Shown piece by piece: positions 48,573-63,320 of a DNA stretch of 64,000 bases. How positions within the stretch are numbered: the stretch's first letter is position 1; every line of letters starts with the position of its first letter. The position numbers and the translations under genes are program-made. The DNA is from Eledone cirrhosa (Eukaryota), in contig OZ024764.1 in assembly GCA_964016885.1 (NCBI GenBank), positions 14,632,001 through 14,696,000 on the forward strand. Reading direction: 5' to 3'. The notes under the pieces were generated by a model, which was not told the origin of the DNA, did not search any database, and saw only the letters and a list, made by a program, of their open reading frames with translations.

Positions 48573-49960
48573 GTGGAGAAGAACTGGAACGAAGTGACGG
48601 CCAAGGTGTTTGCACTCACCCAGAAGTGGGCCGAGTGCAAACTATCCTTGAAAGGTCGAGCGGAGGTGGCGAACACTTTTATAGCGTCCGCCATCTACTA
48701 CCGCTTGACCGTCGTGCCTTGTCCAGCCAAAACGCTCGCCAAAATGGAGCGCGCCCTCTTCCGATTCCTTTGGAAGAGGCGGGCTCCTTTGGTAAGAAGA
48801 TCCATCTGCTGCCAACACCCTTCTAACGGAGGGCTGGGGATGCCGTGGTTGACGATGCGCAAACACGCGCTCAGGCTGCGGCATCTCTACGTATTCCTCA
48901 CCGGACAACCGGTGTGGGCCCCGTTCGTGAGGCGAGCCTTCCCACGACTCGTCTCACTGACCGAGCTGCAGTCCTGGGTCAAGCAGAGACCGAGGAAAAT
49001 GGGCGACTGGCACATCGAATGTGCTCAGGCGCTCACAGCCCTCTGGCAGGCGGACCCGGCGATCAGTGGAGACTCCACTTCGTCATTCTATAGAGGGTTG
49101 GTCCGCAGCAAGTGCGACGACGCGCTCGGTGAAACTCTAGGCGTGGAGGAAGATGAACTGGCCAGTCTGTTCGGTAGGACCTTCCGCCCGGGACCGATGG
49201 ACAACTTCCAAAAGTCCCTGGCCTGGCAGTGCTACCGAGGAGCTCTACCAGTTCGAGACAAGCTCTACAGACATGGGCGCCCGGGCAGGGACCCTGCAAA
49301 AAAGATCTGTCCGAGGTGCGTGCGAGACGAAGAAACCGTCGCGCACGCATTCATACACTGCCCGGGCGTCACTGACCTGTGGGGATATGTAGAACGACTA
49401 TTGTCGCGGGTGGGACCAATCCAGTTGACCACCGAGTCCATTGTCATGATCAAACCGCCACCCTCCTTCAAAAACGAAGGAGAGGCGGTTTTCCTTTGTG
49501 TGATAGCTATGGCGAAAGAGGTTGTATGGTGGACAAGGTTGAAAGGGCTGAGGTCAGACACCTTTCTCTCCGGCCAACAACTGATTCTTTTTTTCAAATA
49601 CCACTTTGGAAGAAGAATCAGGATGGAGAGAGAGGTGCTGTACCGCAGCAAGTTTTATGAAAGGTGGGTGAAAGTGGCGAGAATGGCCCGAGTGAATGGG
49701 CCTTCTCTCTATATCAGCCTGTAGATTGAGGAAAAGGAGGAGGAGAGGAAAGGAGTACAAGCTCTTCGTACTCCTGGAGATGAGGGTTGCACATTTTTTC
49801 GGGGGTATGTGTTACCCATATAAACTGTCTCCCTCTATTGGGGAAAATCGACTAACTTTTAAATTCCATCTGTGATAACATTTTACACGTTTTTATTGTA
49901 TGTAAACTTCCCCCTTTGTATTTGTCCCCTTCTTTTGTGCCCCTGTGGCTAATAAAGAAA
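48573..49960 (+). mobile_element. 5'-truncated L1/Tx1-clade LINE (ORF2 C-terminus with zf-RVT, 3' UTR, poly(A) signal)
   Basis: Uninterrupted 383-aa frame LSLKGRAEVAN..YRLTV..FRFLW..GGLGMP..CPRC..ETVAHAFIHC; AATAAA at 49951; (TA)/(TATC)n on both sides. Confidence 0.9.
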
Positions 49961-50994
49961 TATATCTATCTATATATATATCATTATTTTCATTTTACGT
50001 CTGCTTTTCCCTGTTTGCAAGGGTGGGACATATATATATATATCATCATCATTATACATCCACTTTTCCCCGCTTGGCAGCACCTACGAGAAGTTTGTTT
50101 TGATCATCGCTGCATCGTAGCTTTGTTTAAATAAAGGGTTTCTACTTTATATTACAGTAATAATACTTTCAGAATACTCGGATTGTTTTTATATTAAAGG
50201 GGAACATAAACATATTTTAGAGGAGGGGTGTGGAGCAGAAAAGTTTGGGGACCACTGATACACACACACATTTATTTACTATATATATAATATATACATA
50301 TATATATGTCTGTGTGTGTATACTATATATATATATATATATGTACAGGGAGGTCGAAGCATTTCAGAATTTTTCTAGGCGGGGTGGGGGGGGGGGGAAA
50401 TCTCCCTCTTTATATCAATTAGCACTAACTCTCTCCCTCTCTATATCTACTACACGGCACTCTCTTCCAATACCCCTCTCTATATGAAGTAACACCAAAC
50501 TCTCCCCCTCTCTATATATTAAGCACTAAGTCAGGAATTTTTTTCTTCTTTCGTGCAGAGAGAGTAAAGTTGATTAAATCTACTGCAGTGAATTACTGGT
50601 ATTTTATTTAATAAAAATTAAAATTTACTATTTGTCTTCGTTTAATTTTCGTTTTTCTTTACATAGTTTCGTTTCGTTAAATGTCTCCAGAATTTGTTTT
50701 TACTTTTACCGGATATTGAAGGTGTAAACTTGGTGTTGTCTAGAAACGTGTTAGAAATATTTTTCTTTTAATTGTGAAGAATTTAACCGCAAAGTAAGTT
50801 TTTTTTACTGTTTATTTGTGGCTGGGACAACGTATGGTATGTGTTAATATAAATGGTGAAGGTTTAAAGATTCTTTTTACAACTGAAAATCAGTTTGTTG
50901 TTGCTGCTAATTACTTAACGCATGGAATAGATTTAAAAAATACAGGATTGTTTCTCGGAAGAGAGAAAGAAGAAACAAAACAATTCACAGAAGC

Positions 50995-51257
50995 GGGTAG
51001 CACACACATTTGGGACCACATACAACACAAAAACAGGTAATCCACACATCTGGGACCACATACAACACACCAGCAGGTAATACATACATCTAGGACCACA
51101 TAAGCAGGTAATACACACATCTAGGACCACATACAACACACAAGCAGGTAATACACACATCTAGGACCACATACAACACACAAGCAGGTAATACACACAT
51201 CTAGGACCACATACAACACACAAGCAGGTAATACACACATCTAGGACGACATACAAC
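50995..51257. repeat. 40-bp minisatellite; three 55-bp tandem copies nearby at 51703-51863
   Basis: CACAAGCAGGTAATACACACATCTAGGACCACATACAACA. Confidence 0.85.
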
Positions 51258-52434
51258 CAAAGGCAGGCGAAAGGGGTGGACAAACGAGCTGCTACTAGAG
51301 CAAAAGATAACAGTATCGCGAGGAGCACTGGGAAACCTCTCTAATGATTTTTTAGGCAAGCCAGCACGTCTGCAGCGTTACCTCGGGCGATGGCGAGGCT
51401 GAGGAGCTGGAACAACCAAGTGCCCTCACGAGCTTCACCAGTCACCTTCATCAGGCTAGCCGCCAGTGAAGATAGGAATCTCGCAGTCAGTATCCCGACT
51501 CCCCCAAACGCCACAGGCTGGAAAATGTAGTTGGCCGACAGATCACATTATTACTTAACAGTGTTAGATGTTCTGTCTAAAGGAGGGGCGTGCAACAGGC
51601 GGCCCGCGGGCCACAATCGAGCCCACCTGACCAGTCAGAGTGGCCCGCAATGACTGTTGTAGGCTTATTTAGAATTTTTTCCATACCCGTAATACTTCTG
51701 TTAGTTGACCTATACTAAAGGACTTCACTGATAGGGTTATATGTGTTATAGTTTCCCAGTTGACCTATACTAAAGGACTTCACTGATAGGGTTATATGTG
51801 TTATAGTTTCCCAGTTGACCTATACTAAAGGGCTTCACTGATAGAGTTATATGTGTTATAGTTTGAAACAAACTACCCGTATCAGTTATTATACTTTTAT
51901 AACACCGCTATATTACCTACATGAAAGAGGTAAATATTTATTTCTCTTGTCTTCTTAAATGTATAGAACATTTTTCTTATATATATTCTTAACATAGCTA
52001 GGACCGTTTATTATTTACTAGTCTCTACTCCTAGGACTTTGCTGGTCTCATGTCCCCTCCATCAACACACACTCGGTAGAAAGCTGGTCGTCGGAGGTAA
52101 AGTGGCCCTGATTACAGGTCTAGTATTGAAGCCTTTCGGCTTGAGCCTTGCTGATGCCAACAGAGTTCCTGTGGTAGTTTTGGTAGCACAGGTGACATTT
52201 TATTGTGTTTAGGTACCGGCTAGTGCAGACACAGAGCACAACCAGGTGGTGAGCTGGCAACGACCAAGTGTAGAGGGCCAGCTTTGAAATTCGAGCGACG
52301 GAGTGAACTAGTAAAAGAGGCAGGGTAAGCAGCATTGGTTCTAACGGTGGGACTAGAACAGAGGTTGGGTGGTGCTGGGGGTGGGCTAACAGCTAACAGT
52401 TGTAGGAGTGGTGGGGGTTTGGTAGGATTAATTT

Positions 52435-53480
52435 TTACATCTGTCTGTGAACTCTTGAAAAAGCAACATACAATTGTCCAGGGTTAAATACTTGCTCAGG
52501 GAGGAACAGACCCACTTTATCATGTATTTGACCATGGTTCGTGTTGATTGTCATGGCATATGACAGTCTTAATGGAAACTGGGGTCTTTCCAAAGTAAAA
52601 GGGATGTTGGCACCACTGGGGGATAACTTCAGTCTTGGGATCAAAACACACCTGCCCATCAAAGGACCATAGATATGAGAAGCTTTGATAAAATGTTTAT
52701 GCAGTTCTACTACTTCTAATCTTGTGCCATTACATAATCTGTTCTGGATTGAAATATTCCATAGAAGCATTATTATTGATCCTGCTTATAATTGGAGTTT
52801 GTGAGGCGGCATCCCAGAAGGTGTAAGCAAGTTCATTTAGCTTGAACCAGGCAGCAAGGGTCCCTGCATTTCTACCACAACCTGAGCATTGCCTCTTTGA
52901 AAGTAAACTCTGTTTGTTCTCCAGGTGTGTGGCTAGGCTGTATACTGTATGTGATGTACCATGAAGCTTAAATTCCGAGAGACACGACACTGCTTCTGGC
53001 TGAGACACATACCTGCAACAAAGATAGGTTCTTATTTCATCATGGTTGTGTTGGTTCTGAGCCTCATTAGGTAATGAATTATTCGTTACTTCTATAGATG
53101 TACAATCATGCCCCATGTAACATATTTAAAGAGGTACTTGACACTTTTTACAGAAGCGCAAACTTCAACATTAATATGTGCACAATATTTCTTAAGCAAA
53201 AAGGCATTAAATGGCACAACATTCCTGTTATCTACTGAATGTCATCCAATTTACACTGCAGTTCCTGTCTTGCACCTCCTGTACTCTGGGTACCCATTTA
53301 GGTTCAATAATGTTTCCCTTCTGTAGGTTTTTGGATAGTTCTTTTGGAAAAATCCATTTTGTATAAATGGGAGAAAAGGGTTTCCAGAACCACATGGCCT
53401 GTGGATCATAAACTTTTAAACCTGCTCATGTAGTACTGGATCATCTTCCAATGCAGGTATTTCTGCTGACACGATTCTGT
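52435..53480 (-). mobile_element. Degraded Helitron RepHel: PIF1-helicase C-terminus fused by internal deletion to the Rep-domain end
   Basis: PSGMPPHKL..MLLxN..LCNGTRL..IPRLKLSPS..QFPLRLSYAMTIN..GQ..DKVGLFL..VF..GQLYVAFSRV; KYLFKYVTxGHD, DEIRTYL..RYVS.PEA; VSAEIP..MIHRPCG; stops and frameshifts. Confidence 0.9.
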
Positions 53481-54049
53481 CAATGTCTTCTCTGTTTCTT
53501 ATCTTGTCTTCATTTTTTAAGGCTCAGTGTTATCATCTGTTTAGATAATTCATTAAACCATTATACTCATCCACTCACAATTGGGCTTGATTGTTCTTCA
53601 AATATTGAAGCCTGCATCCCTCTACTTTCATATAGGCATCCACTAAATACTGCTAAAATAATTTACCTGCCCTATATATCGCACTAAATCCTCCTCTATA
53701 TGCTATACAGTATATGTAATACTCCTGCATTGTCAGTCTATTGCAAACACAGGTCCTGCATTCCTTTCCATGGCACTATGCCACCAAAATTCACCATTAT
53801 CGGTCGGTCTTGAGGTCCAAGTGGCATGAATTATGTGGTATTTTCTGAGGAGGATGGACTTTAGGAAAGATGATAATATCTCTTTGTACAGGTGGTGTGC
53901 CCTCAATCCCCCACAAAACAACAGCTATCATTACTAGTTGGTAAATTAGAGCAGCTCATATCTGATCCTCTTCTAAATCTTAATTCACAGTTCTGTACAC
54001 AACAATTTTCTCTTCTTGCACTTTATGTTTGAGATGAAACAAGATAGCA

Positions 54050-55683
54050 ATGTCCATAACATTACATGACAGATTTATTAGCCACAGGGGCAGAGATGTC
54101 CATAACATTACATGACAGATTTATTAGCCACAGGGGCAGAGATGTCCATAACATTACATGACAGAATTATTAGCCACAGGGGCAGAGATGTCCATAACAT
54201 TACATGACAGATTTATTAGCCACAGGGGCAGAGATGTCCATAACATTACATGACAGAATTATTAGCCACAGGGGCAGAGATGTCCATAACATTACATGAC
54301 AGATTTATTAGCCACAGGGGCAGAGATGTCCATAACATTACATGACAGATTTATTAGCCACAGGGGCAGAGATGTCCATAACATTACATGACAGATTTAT
54401 TAGCCACAGGGGCAGAGATGTCCATAACATTACATGACAGAATTATTAGCCACAGGGGCAGAGATGTCCATAACATTACACGACAGATTTATTAGCCACA
54501 GGGGCAGAGATGTCCATAACATTACATGACAGATTTATTAGCCACAGGGGCAGAGATGTCCATAACATTACATGACCGAATTATTAGCCACAGGGGCAGA
54601 GATGTCCATAACATTACATGACAGATTTATTAGCCACAGGGGCAGAGATGTCCATAACATTACATGACAGAATTATTAGCCACAGGGGCAGAGATGTCCA
54701 TAACATTACATGACAGAATTATTAGCCACAGGGGCAGAGATGTCCATAACATTACATGACAGATTTATTAGCCACAGGGGCAGAGATGTCCATAACATTA
54801 CATGACCGAATTATTAGCCACAGGGGCAGAGATGTCCATAACATTACATGACAGATTTATTAGCCACAGGGGCAGAGATGTCCATAACATTACATGACAG
54901 ATTTATTAGCCACAGGGGCAGAGATGTCCATAACATTACATGACAGAATTATTAGCCACAGGGGCAGAGATGTCCATAACATTACATGACAGATTTATTA
55001 GCCACAGGGGCAGAGATGTCCATAACATTACATGACAGAATTATTAGCCACAGGGGCAGAGATGTCCATAACATTACATGACAGAATTATTAGCCACAGG
55101 GGCAGAGATGTCCATAACATTACATGACAGATTTATTAGCCACAGGGGCAGAGATGTCCATAACATTACATGACAGAATTATTAGCCACAGGGGCAGAGA
55201 TGTCCATAACATTACATGACAGATTTCTTAGCCACAGGGGCAGAGATGTCCATAACATTATATGACAGATTTATTAGCCACAGGGGCAGAGATGTCCATA
55301 ACATTACATGACAGAATTATTAGCCACAGGGGCAGAGATGTCCATAACATTACATGACAGATTTATTAGCCACAGGGGCAGAGATGTCCATAACATTACA
55401 TGACAGATTTATTAGCCACAGGGGCAGAGATGTCCATAACATTACATGACAGATTTATTAGCCACAGGGGCAGAGATGTCCATAACATTACATGACAGAA
55501 TTATTAGCCACAGGGGCAGAGATGTCCATAACATTACATGACAGATTTATTAGCCACAGGGGCAGAGATGTCCATAACATTACATGACAGATTTATTAGC
55601 CACAGGGGCAGAGATGTCCATAACATTACATGACAGATTTATTAGCCACAGGGGCAGAGATGTCCATAACATTACATGACAGA
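54050..55683. repeat. 46-bp minisatellite (~35 copies)
   Basis: GATGTCCATAACATTACATGACAGAWTTATTAGCCACAGGGGCAGA. Confidence 0.95.
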
Positions 55684-57287
55684 GTTTCATCTCGCGCTCT
55701 CTCTCTCTCGTTTCATCTCGCTCTCTCTCTCTCTCGTTTCATCTCTGTCTTCCTCTCTCTCATTTCATCTCTGTCTTCCTCTCTCTCGTTCCATCTCTCT
55801 CTTCCTCTCTCTCGTTCCATCTCTCTCTTCCTCTCTCTCGTTTCATCTCTATTTCTCTCTCTCGTTTCATCTGTCTCTCTCTCTGTCGTTTCATCTCCCT
55901 CTATCTCTCTCTCGCTCTCTCGTTTCATCTTTCTCTCCCTCTCGTTTCATCTCGCTCTCTCTCTCCTGTTTCATCTCGCACTCTCTCTCCTGTTTCATCT
56001 CGCTCTCTACTCTCGTTTCCTCTCTCTCTTATTTCATCTCGCTCTCACTCTCTCTCATTTCATCTCGCTCTCTCTCTCTCTCGTTTCATCTCGCTTTCTC
56101 TCTCTCATTTCATCTCGCTCTCACTCTCTCTCATTTCATCTCGCTCTCTCTCTCTCATTTCATCTCGCTCTCACTCTCTCTCATTTCATCTCGCTCTCAC
56201 TCTCTCATTTCATCTCGCTCTCACTCTCCCTCATTTGATCTCGCTCTCTCTCTCTCTCTCGTTTCATCTCGCTCTCTCTCTCTCATTTCATCTCGCTCTC
56301 ACTCTCTCTCATTTCATCTCGCTCTCTCTCTCTCTCTCGTTTCATCTCGCTCTCTCTCTCTCATTTCATCTCGCTCTCCCTCTCTCTCGTTTCATCTCGC
56401 TTTCTCTCTCTCGTTTCATCTCGCTCTCTCTCTCTCATTTCATCTCGCTCTCACTCTCTCTCATTTCATCTCGCTCTCTCTCTCTCATTTCATCTCGCTC
56501 TCACTCTCTCTCATTTCATCTCGCTCTCACTCTCTCATTTCATCTCGCTCTCACTCTCCCTCATTTGATCTCGCTCTCTCTCTCTCTCGTTTCATCTCGC
56601 TCTCTCTCTCTCATTTCATCTCGCTCTCACTCTCTCTCATTTCATCTCGCTCTCTCTCTCTCTCTCGTTTCATCTCGCTCTCTCTCTCTCATTTCATCTC
56701 GCTCTCCCTCTCTCTCGTTTCATCTCGCTTTCTCTCTCTCATTTCATCTCGCTCTCTCTCTCTCATTTCATCTCGCTCTCACTCTCTCTCATTTCATCTC
56801 GCTCTCTCTCTCTCATTTCATCTCGCTCTCACTCTCTCTCATTTCATCTCGCTCTCACTCTCTCATTTCATCTCGCTCTCACTCTCCCTCATTTGATCTC
56901 GCTCTCTCTCTCTCTCGTTTCATCTCGCTCTCTCTCTCTCATTTCATCTCGCTCTCACTCTCTCTCATTTCATCTCGCTCTCACTCTCTCATTTCATCTC
57001 GCTCTCTCTCTCTCTCGTTTCATCTCGCTCTCTCTGTCTCATTTCATCTCGCTCTCCCTCTCTCTCGTTTCATCTCGCTCTCTCTCTCTCGTTTCATCTC
57101 GCTCTCTCTGTCTCATTTCATCTCGCTCTCTCTCTCTCTCATTTCATCTCGCTCTCACTCTCTCGTTTCATCTCGCTCTCACTCTCTCATTTCATCTCGC
57201 TCTCTCTCTCTCGTTCCATCTCGCTCTCTCTCTCTCTTGTTTCAACACTCTAATCCCTCACTTGTTTCATCTCTCTCTTGTTTCAAT

Positions 57288-57347
<60 letters not shown>

Positions 57348-57612
57348 CCCTCTCTCTTTCTCTCCCCTCTCTCTCTTGTTTCATCCCTCACCCTCTTGTT
57401 TCATCCCCCTCTCCCTCTTCCTCTCTCTCTCTTCCTCTATCTCTCTCTTCCTCTCTCTCTCTCTTCCTCTCTCTCTCTCTCTTCCCCTCTCTCTCTCTTT
57501 CACACTCTATATCCGACTCGTTTCATCACTCTCTCCCCTCACCCTCTTGTTTCAACTCTCTCCTCTCTTGTTTCAACTCTCTCACCTCTCGTTTCAACTC
57601 TCTCTCTCTGTG
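55684..57612. repeat. CT-rich satellite (TTTCATCTCGCTCTC... units) grading into (CT)n
   Basis: Visible directly. Confidence 0.95.
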
Positions 57613-58388
57613 TCTCCAATGTGTAATAAACCGTGACTCATATATATATACCGAAGAATGTACATAAACACATACATACACGCATGTGTATATATATATA
57701 CATACATACATGTGTCTCTCTCTCTCCCTATATATATGTACATATGTGTAAATATGTACATACATATTAGTGTATATATATTGCTATCTATATGCATATT
57801 TGTATAATTATACTGTATGGTGAATTGGCAGTATCGGTAGAGGGTCTGACGCCATGCTTTCCAGCATAGTTACGTCCCTTTACGATCCGAGGTTAACTTT
57901 GCCTTTCATCCTTAGGGGTCGATAAAATAAAGTACCAGTAATGTACTGGTTAATTACTGACCTTGTGCCTAAAATAGAAACAATTATTAGTTCAAAGAGA
58001 AACCACCATCCTACCTGAAATATTATGTTATCATATTAAATATTTCTTATACTGTCATGTTTTTTCTTTAAAACGATTGCATCTCAATAAAGTGAAGAAA
58101 ACTATTATATACTGTTGTTATATCATTATACTTTAGTTTTAACATTTCTATGTGTATAAATATAATGTATGTAAGTGTGTTTGAAAATATATAATAATAA
58201 TATGCATGTTTGAAGCAGGGTTCAACTGAAATATCTATATGAAGCAGGGTTCAACTGAAATATCTATAGGTTGACTTTGTTTTCATCCTTATGAGGTCGA
58301 TAGAATAAAGTACCAGTAATTGCTGGCCTTGTGCCAGAAACAATTATTTGGTTGTACTTCCAATCTGTGCTACACACCTTCGTTCCCA

Positions 58389-58826
58389 TCAATAATATAT
58401 AACTGGCCATATTGTGGTGTATTTTCTGCAGGTTACAGAGATGGGGGTGTATTGATATGTTTGACCCTGAATATGAAATCTATACGGGCCTCTGCCGGGT
58501 GGTAACACCAAATGAAGTGAAATAAATGTAGTTTTAATTGCAGATGTTTCTGTGAAATCAACTGCTTCCTGGCCTCTTTCAAAGAGATTTCTCAGTCTCT
58601 CAGGGTATATTTGCAATGGTGGCAACACAACCTTTCCTTTATTACAACAGTTACAATTTTCATTTCTAAATTTCAAAGCTCCACAGTGATCACACGAAAC
58701 ATTCATATCACTAATATGAAATTCTTCTACATTTCCATTAATATTAATTGTTGGCCAATTTCTCTTACGACGCTCATTATCCATTCTTCTCTGTCTGAAT
58801 ATTTTCCATTCTAAGTCTATTTGCAT
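58389..58826 (-). mobile_element. Helitron RepHel N-terminal fragment
   Basis: MNVSCDHCGALKF..NCCNKGKVVLPPL..PERLRNLF...PPGRGPYRFHIQGQTY; same strand as, and upstream of, the 52435-53480 fragment. Confidence 0.85.
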
Positions 58827-58932
58827 GGAATAATTATATTCTGTTGTTTATTATGTAATTAAATAGCTCTGTACAATACATAGAGCATTCTTCTTTTCTT
58901 TACCTTTTCTATGGAAATACAAGAACAAACAC

Positions 58933-58964
<32 letters not shown>

Positions 58965-59789
58965 ATATACATAAACAAGACTGTTATTGCTCCAACCAGT
59001 CTATTTACCTTTGATAACTATCCTAAATATAAATACACCTATACCATACATACATATATCATATATGTTTTTGATGCCGTGGTATAGCAGAGATAAGCAA
59101 GAAGAGAAAAGAAAATGAAAATGAGAAAAATAAAGAAGTAAGAAGTCGGAGGAGGGACAGACACTTCACCCCAGTCTAAGTGGTCCCTCAGCCGCAACCT
59201 GTGGAAGAAACGTAAAAGCGTTACCTCGGAGCAAGGCCAGAGACACCTGCTACAATAGTAGCCCCTCCTCATGAGGCTTCTGTCGTCTTTCCTCCCGACT
59301 TTATGGAGGAAATCAGCAGTACAGGGACCAAGTATGGCAGAGGTCTCAATGGAGTGGAAGAGGTGAGTCAGGCCTTGGTACTATCTTACTATCCTTTGCA
59401 TTGCGGGGTGTGGAGCCTAGGTTTGTGGCTGTAGCTATATTTGAACTTTTATATGAAATTTCAGTTATATATTTTTCACATCTTAAAACTTAATCTTAGT
59501 CTTTTGCAGCTCATCTTGTTTCATCTCGCAGCACACGATTTGGGAACCACTGCTCTAGAGATAGAAAAAGTATATTTTATGCAGGGCTTCCCTGAGACAT
59601 AAAAACTATTTCAAGAGATCGACATGGGTAGAAAGGTTGAGAAATGCTGCACAATGTTCTTTGGTTTTTGTTCACCTTTAAATAATCATGTATAAAATAT
59701 CGGGTGTGCAAGATTTCATGAAAAGGTATAACATTATTTATGCAGGGACTAGCTCCAATTGAGAGTTGTACCAATTCCCACTAAACTCG

Positions 59790-61672
59790 AAACTCCTGGA
59801 CAATATATACATATCTTTATAAGTTCCTGTGTATTGTGTCGCTGTATAATGAAACATAAATATATACCATGCATGTCAGTCAGATTTGAACTCACTATAT
59901 TTGGCGTTTTATAGATATAATTTGTTTGTTAAAACAATTAACTAAATAAAATTAATTCTACAATCCTGGATAGGGAATGAACTTATAACTTCATAATAGA
60001 AGCCATCTATTCGAGCAGTATTGCCATCTAAGCCACCAGGTTACTTACAGAACTTCATTCAAATATAAAATATAAAATATATGCCAGACATAGTGAGTTC
60101 GAATCTGACTGATTAGTTGGTCATTGTCCCAGCCAACAGTTTAAATCGCCAACCAGTAGGTGACATCGACTAGGTTGGGAAAACTTGGTTAAGTAGCTCC
60201 AGTTATTGCTACGTTAGACATATTCAAGACTTATCGACACCGAATGGAAGAAAGGTAAAGTTGAACTCAGAGTAAAGAACTGGAAAAATACTGCAAAGAA
60301 TTCTATCTGATGTTCTAACAATTCTACCAAATTACCTTATGTATATATATTTATATCTAGAGATAAGAAGAAAACTGAAAGAAAGAAAAAAAAAAAAATG
60401 AAACCTTATACGTAACCCATGACCAGGATTGAAACCGAAACCAGGACTACCACCATCTCTGGTATCACCCACCAGACCACCATGAAAGATACAAAAATCT
60501 GCTTTTTTAATATTTATAAGCCTACTTTCAATATTAAAGTAATTAACATGTGGTGTTGTTCATGCCTTTCTCTATGTTATTGGTAAAAAATAAAGTATTT
60601 AAACCTCAAATTTTGTTATTCAAATATGCTTGCTTATCTAATTATAAATGTCGCAGAATACACACACATATATAGATGTGAAAATATTCAGGACCCCAAC
60701 GGCTGTGCTACTGCCGTTTCGACATCTATATATATATCTTTTAGTCCTAGGCTCTTTCAGCGCAGAAAGAATTCTCCAATGATCTCAACCAGCTAATGGT
60801 GCCCAGTGGAAGCACTTTAGTCTAATTATAACCCCAACGATCACGATTAGCGGCGGCTTTTTCGAGTCTGAGGTTGACTGCCAGATATATATATATATCT
60901 ATATATATATATATATTTTTATACTTTGCTAGAATCCCGGAGAACAACAGAAAGATGCTGAGTTCAGAGTTTAAAAAACATGTCCCCCTTTAATATAAAA
61001 ACAATCCGAGTCTTGTAAAAGTGTTATTACTGTAATATAAAGTAGAAACCCTTTATTTAAACAAAGCTGCGATGCAGCGATCATCAAAGCAAACCCCAAA
61101 ATGTAAACAAACTTCTCGCAGGTGCTGCCAGATACACGATAACATGTGTATACGAAGTGTATCTGGAAGCTTGGTCGTATTATATGAATTTCAAATTGAC
61201 CCCTATTATATTCAAATTATACCCTGTGGGGCGTGCACCCCACGTTGAGAATCCCTCATAAATAAATATATGTGAGTGTGTTGCTATGACTGCTATTTCT
61301 AGCAGGTTTACTGCAGTCCTGTAGACGCACAACAAAAACCGGAAGTGGCAGCCATTAAAAAACTTTGGCTTAAAATCAGCCAAAAGATTTTCAATAATAG
61401 TAAAATTTTATTTTTGACAAGGACGATAACTTTTGTCTTACTTAATCGCAAAAATCGAGGCAAAAATTTTGAGGATGTGCAGTTTACACGCTAAAAATAA
61501 ACCTGCTAGAAATAGCAGTCATAGCAACTTACTTACATATAGTTATATATCATATATATATATATATGATATATATATTGACACTTTAGAAATAGCAGCG
61601 AATAACAGAAAGGACACACACACACACACATATATATATATACACACACACACATATATATATATGCCCCAG

Positions 61673-61704
<32 letters not shown>

Positions 61705-63267
61705 CACACACACACATATATATATATGCCCCAGCATACACACACACATATATATACATATATATATATATATATGCCCCAGCATGGTCTTGGACGATCG
61801 TCTAACTAAGGCCAATAATAAAATACTTCAAAATAAATTAAACACCCCTAAATCCGGGGTTACAACTTGGATTACTTAAAAGTCAGTAAAGCTGTAAAGA
61901 TTCTATATTGTAAATAGGTGGTCGCATGTTCGAATCCGGGCAAATCCCGAGAAAAATAACAAAAAGAAGGACAATGTAAAAATAGCAGCCATAGACGAGG
62001 GGAGGACACACACACAAACACACACACACACACACACATGTATATATATATATGTGTGTCTGTGTATGTGTTTGGCTGCTATATATATATATATAGCGGT
62101 CAACACACACACACGTACATATATAAGTGTGTGTGTTTGGCTGATATATATATATATATATATATGATATATAAATATATGTGAGTTGCTATGACTGCTA
62201 TTTCTAGCAGGTTTATTTTAGCGTGTAAACTGCACACCCGCAAAATTTTTGCCTCGATTTTTGCGATTAAGTAAGACAAAAGTTATCGTCCTTGTCAAAA
62301 ATAAAATTTTACTATTATTGAAAATCTTTTGGCTGATTTTAAGCCAAAGTTTTTTAATGGCTGCCACTTCCGGTTTTTGTTGTGCGTCTACAGGACAGCC
62401 AGAAACCTACTAGAAACAGCAGTCATAACAACACACTTATGTATATTTATATATCAGGGATTCTCAACGAAGGGTACACGCCCCACAGGGGGCCATTTGA
62501 ATTTAATAGGGGCCAATTAGAAAGTGATATAATACGACCAAACTTCCAGTTACACTTTGTTCACATGTTATCGTGTATCTGGCAGCAGCTACGAGAAGTT
62601 TGTTTATATTTTGAAGTTTGTTTTGATCATCGCGGCATCGTAGCTTTGTTTAATTAAAGCATTTCTACTTTATATTACAGTAGTAACACTTTTACAAGAC
62701 TCGGTTTATTTCTATATTAAAGGGGAACATAAACCTAATTATTAAACGTTGAGGTGGGGCATGGAGCAAAAAAGGTTTGGAACTACTGAAGACAACAAAT
62801 CATCGTTTTTATTAATGTAAACAAACTTCTCGCAGGTGCTGTCAGATACACGATAACATGTGTATACGAAGTGTAACAGGGAGTTGGGTCGTATTATATG
62901 ACTTTCAAATTGACCCCTATTATATTAAAATTATCCCCTGTGGGGCGTGCACCCCACGTTGAGAATCCCTCATAAATAAATATATGTGAGTGTGTTGCTA
63001 TGACTGCTATTTCTAGCAGGTTTACTGCAGTCCTGTAGACGCACAACAAAAACCGGAAGTGGCAGCCATTAAAAAACTTTGGCTTAAAATCAGGCAAAAG
63101 TTTTTTTAACAATTTGCCAAGAAAGATAACTCTTGTCTTACTTAATCGCAAAAATCGAGGCAAAAATTTTGCGGGTGTGCAGTTTGTTTGGTGTATTTGA
63201 CTGCTATTTCTAGCATATATGGACACTTTAGAAATAGCAGGGAAACATAAGAAAGAAGGACACACAC

Positions 63268-63320
<53 letters not shown>

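Noticed and set aside
52118-52165. Minus-strand AAGCC-GAAA-GGCTT hairpin + CTAG as the Helitron 3' end, or GGC-TCAA-GCC-GAAA as a hammerhead
   Set aside because: CTAG is followed by A rather than T, and no CUGANGA core precedes the stem; too ambiguous to call.
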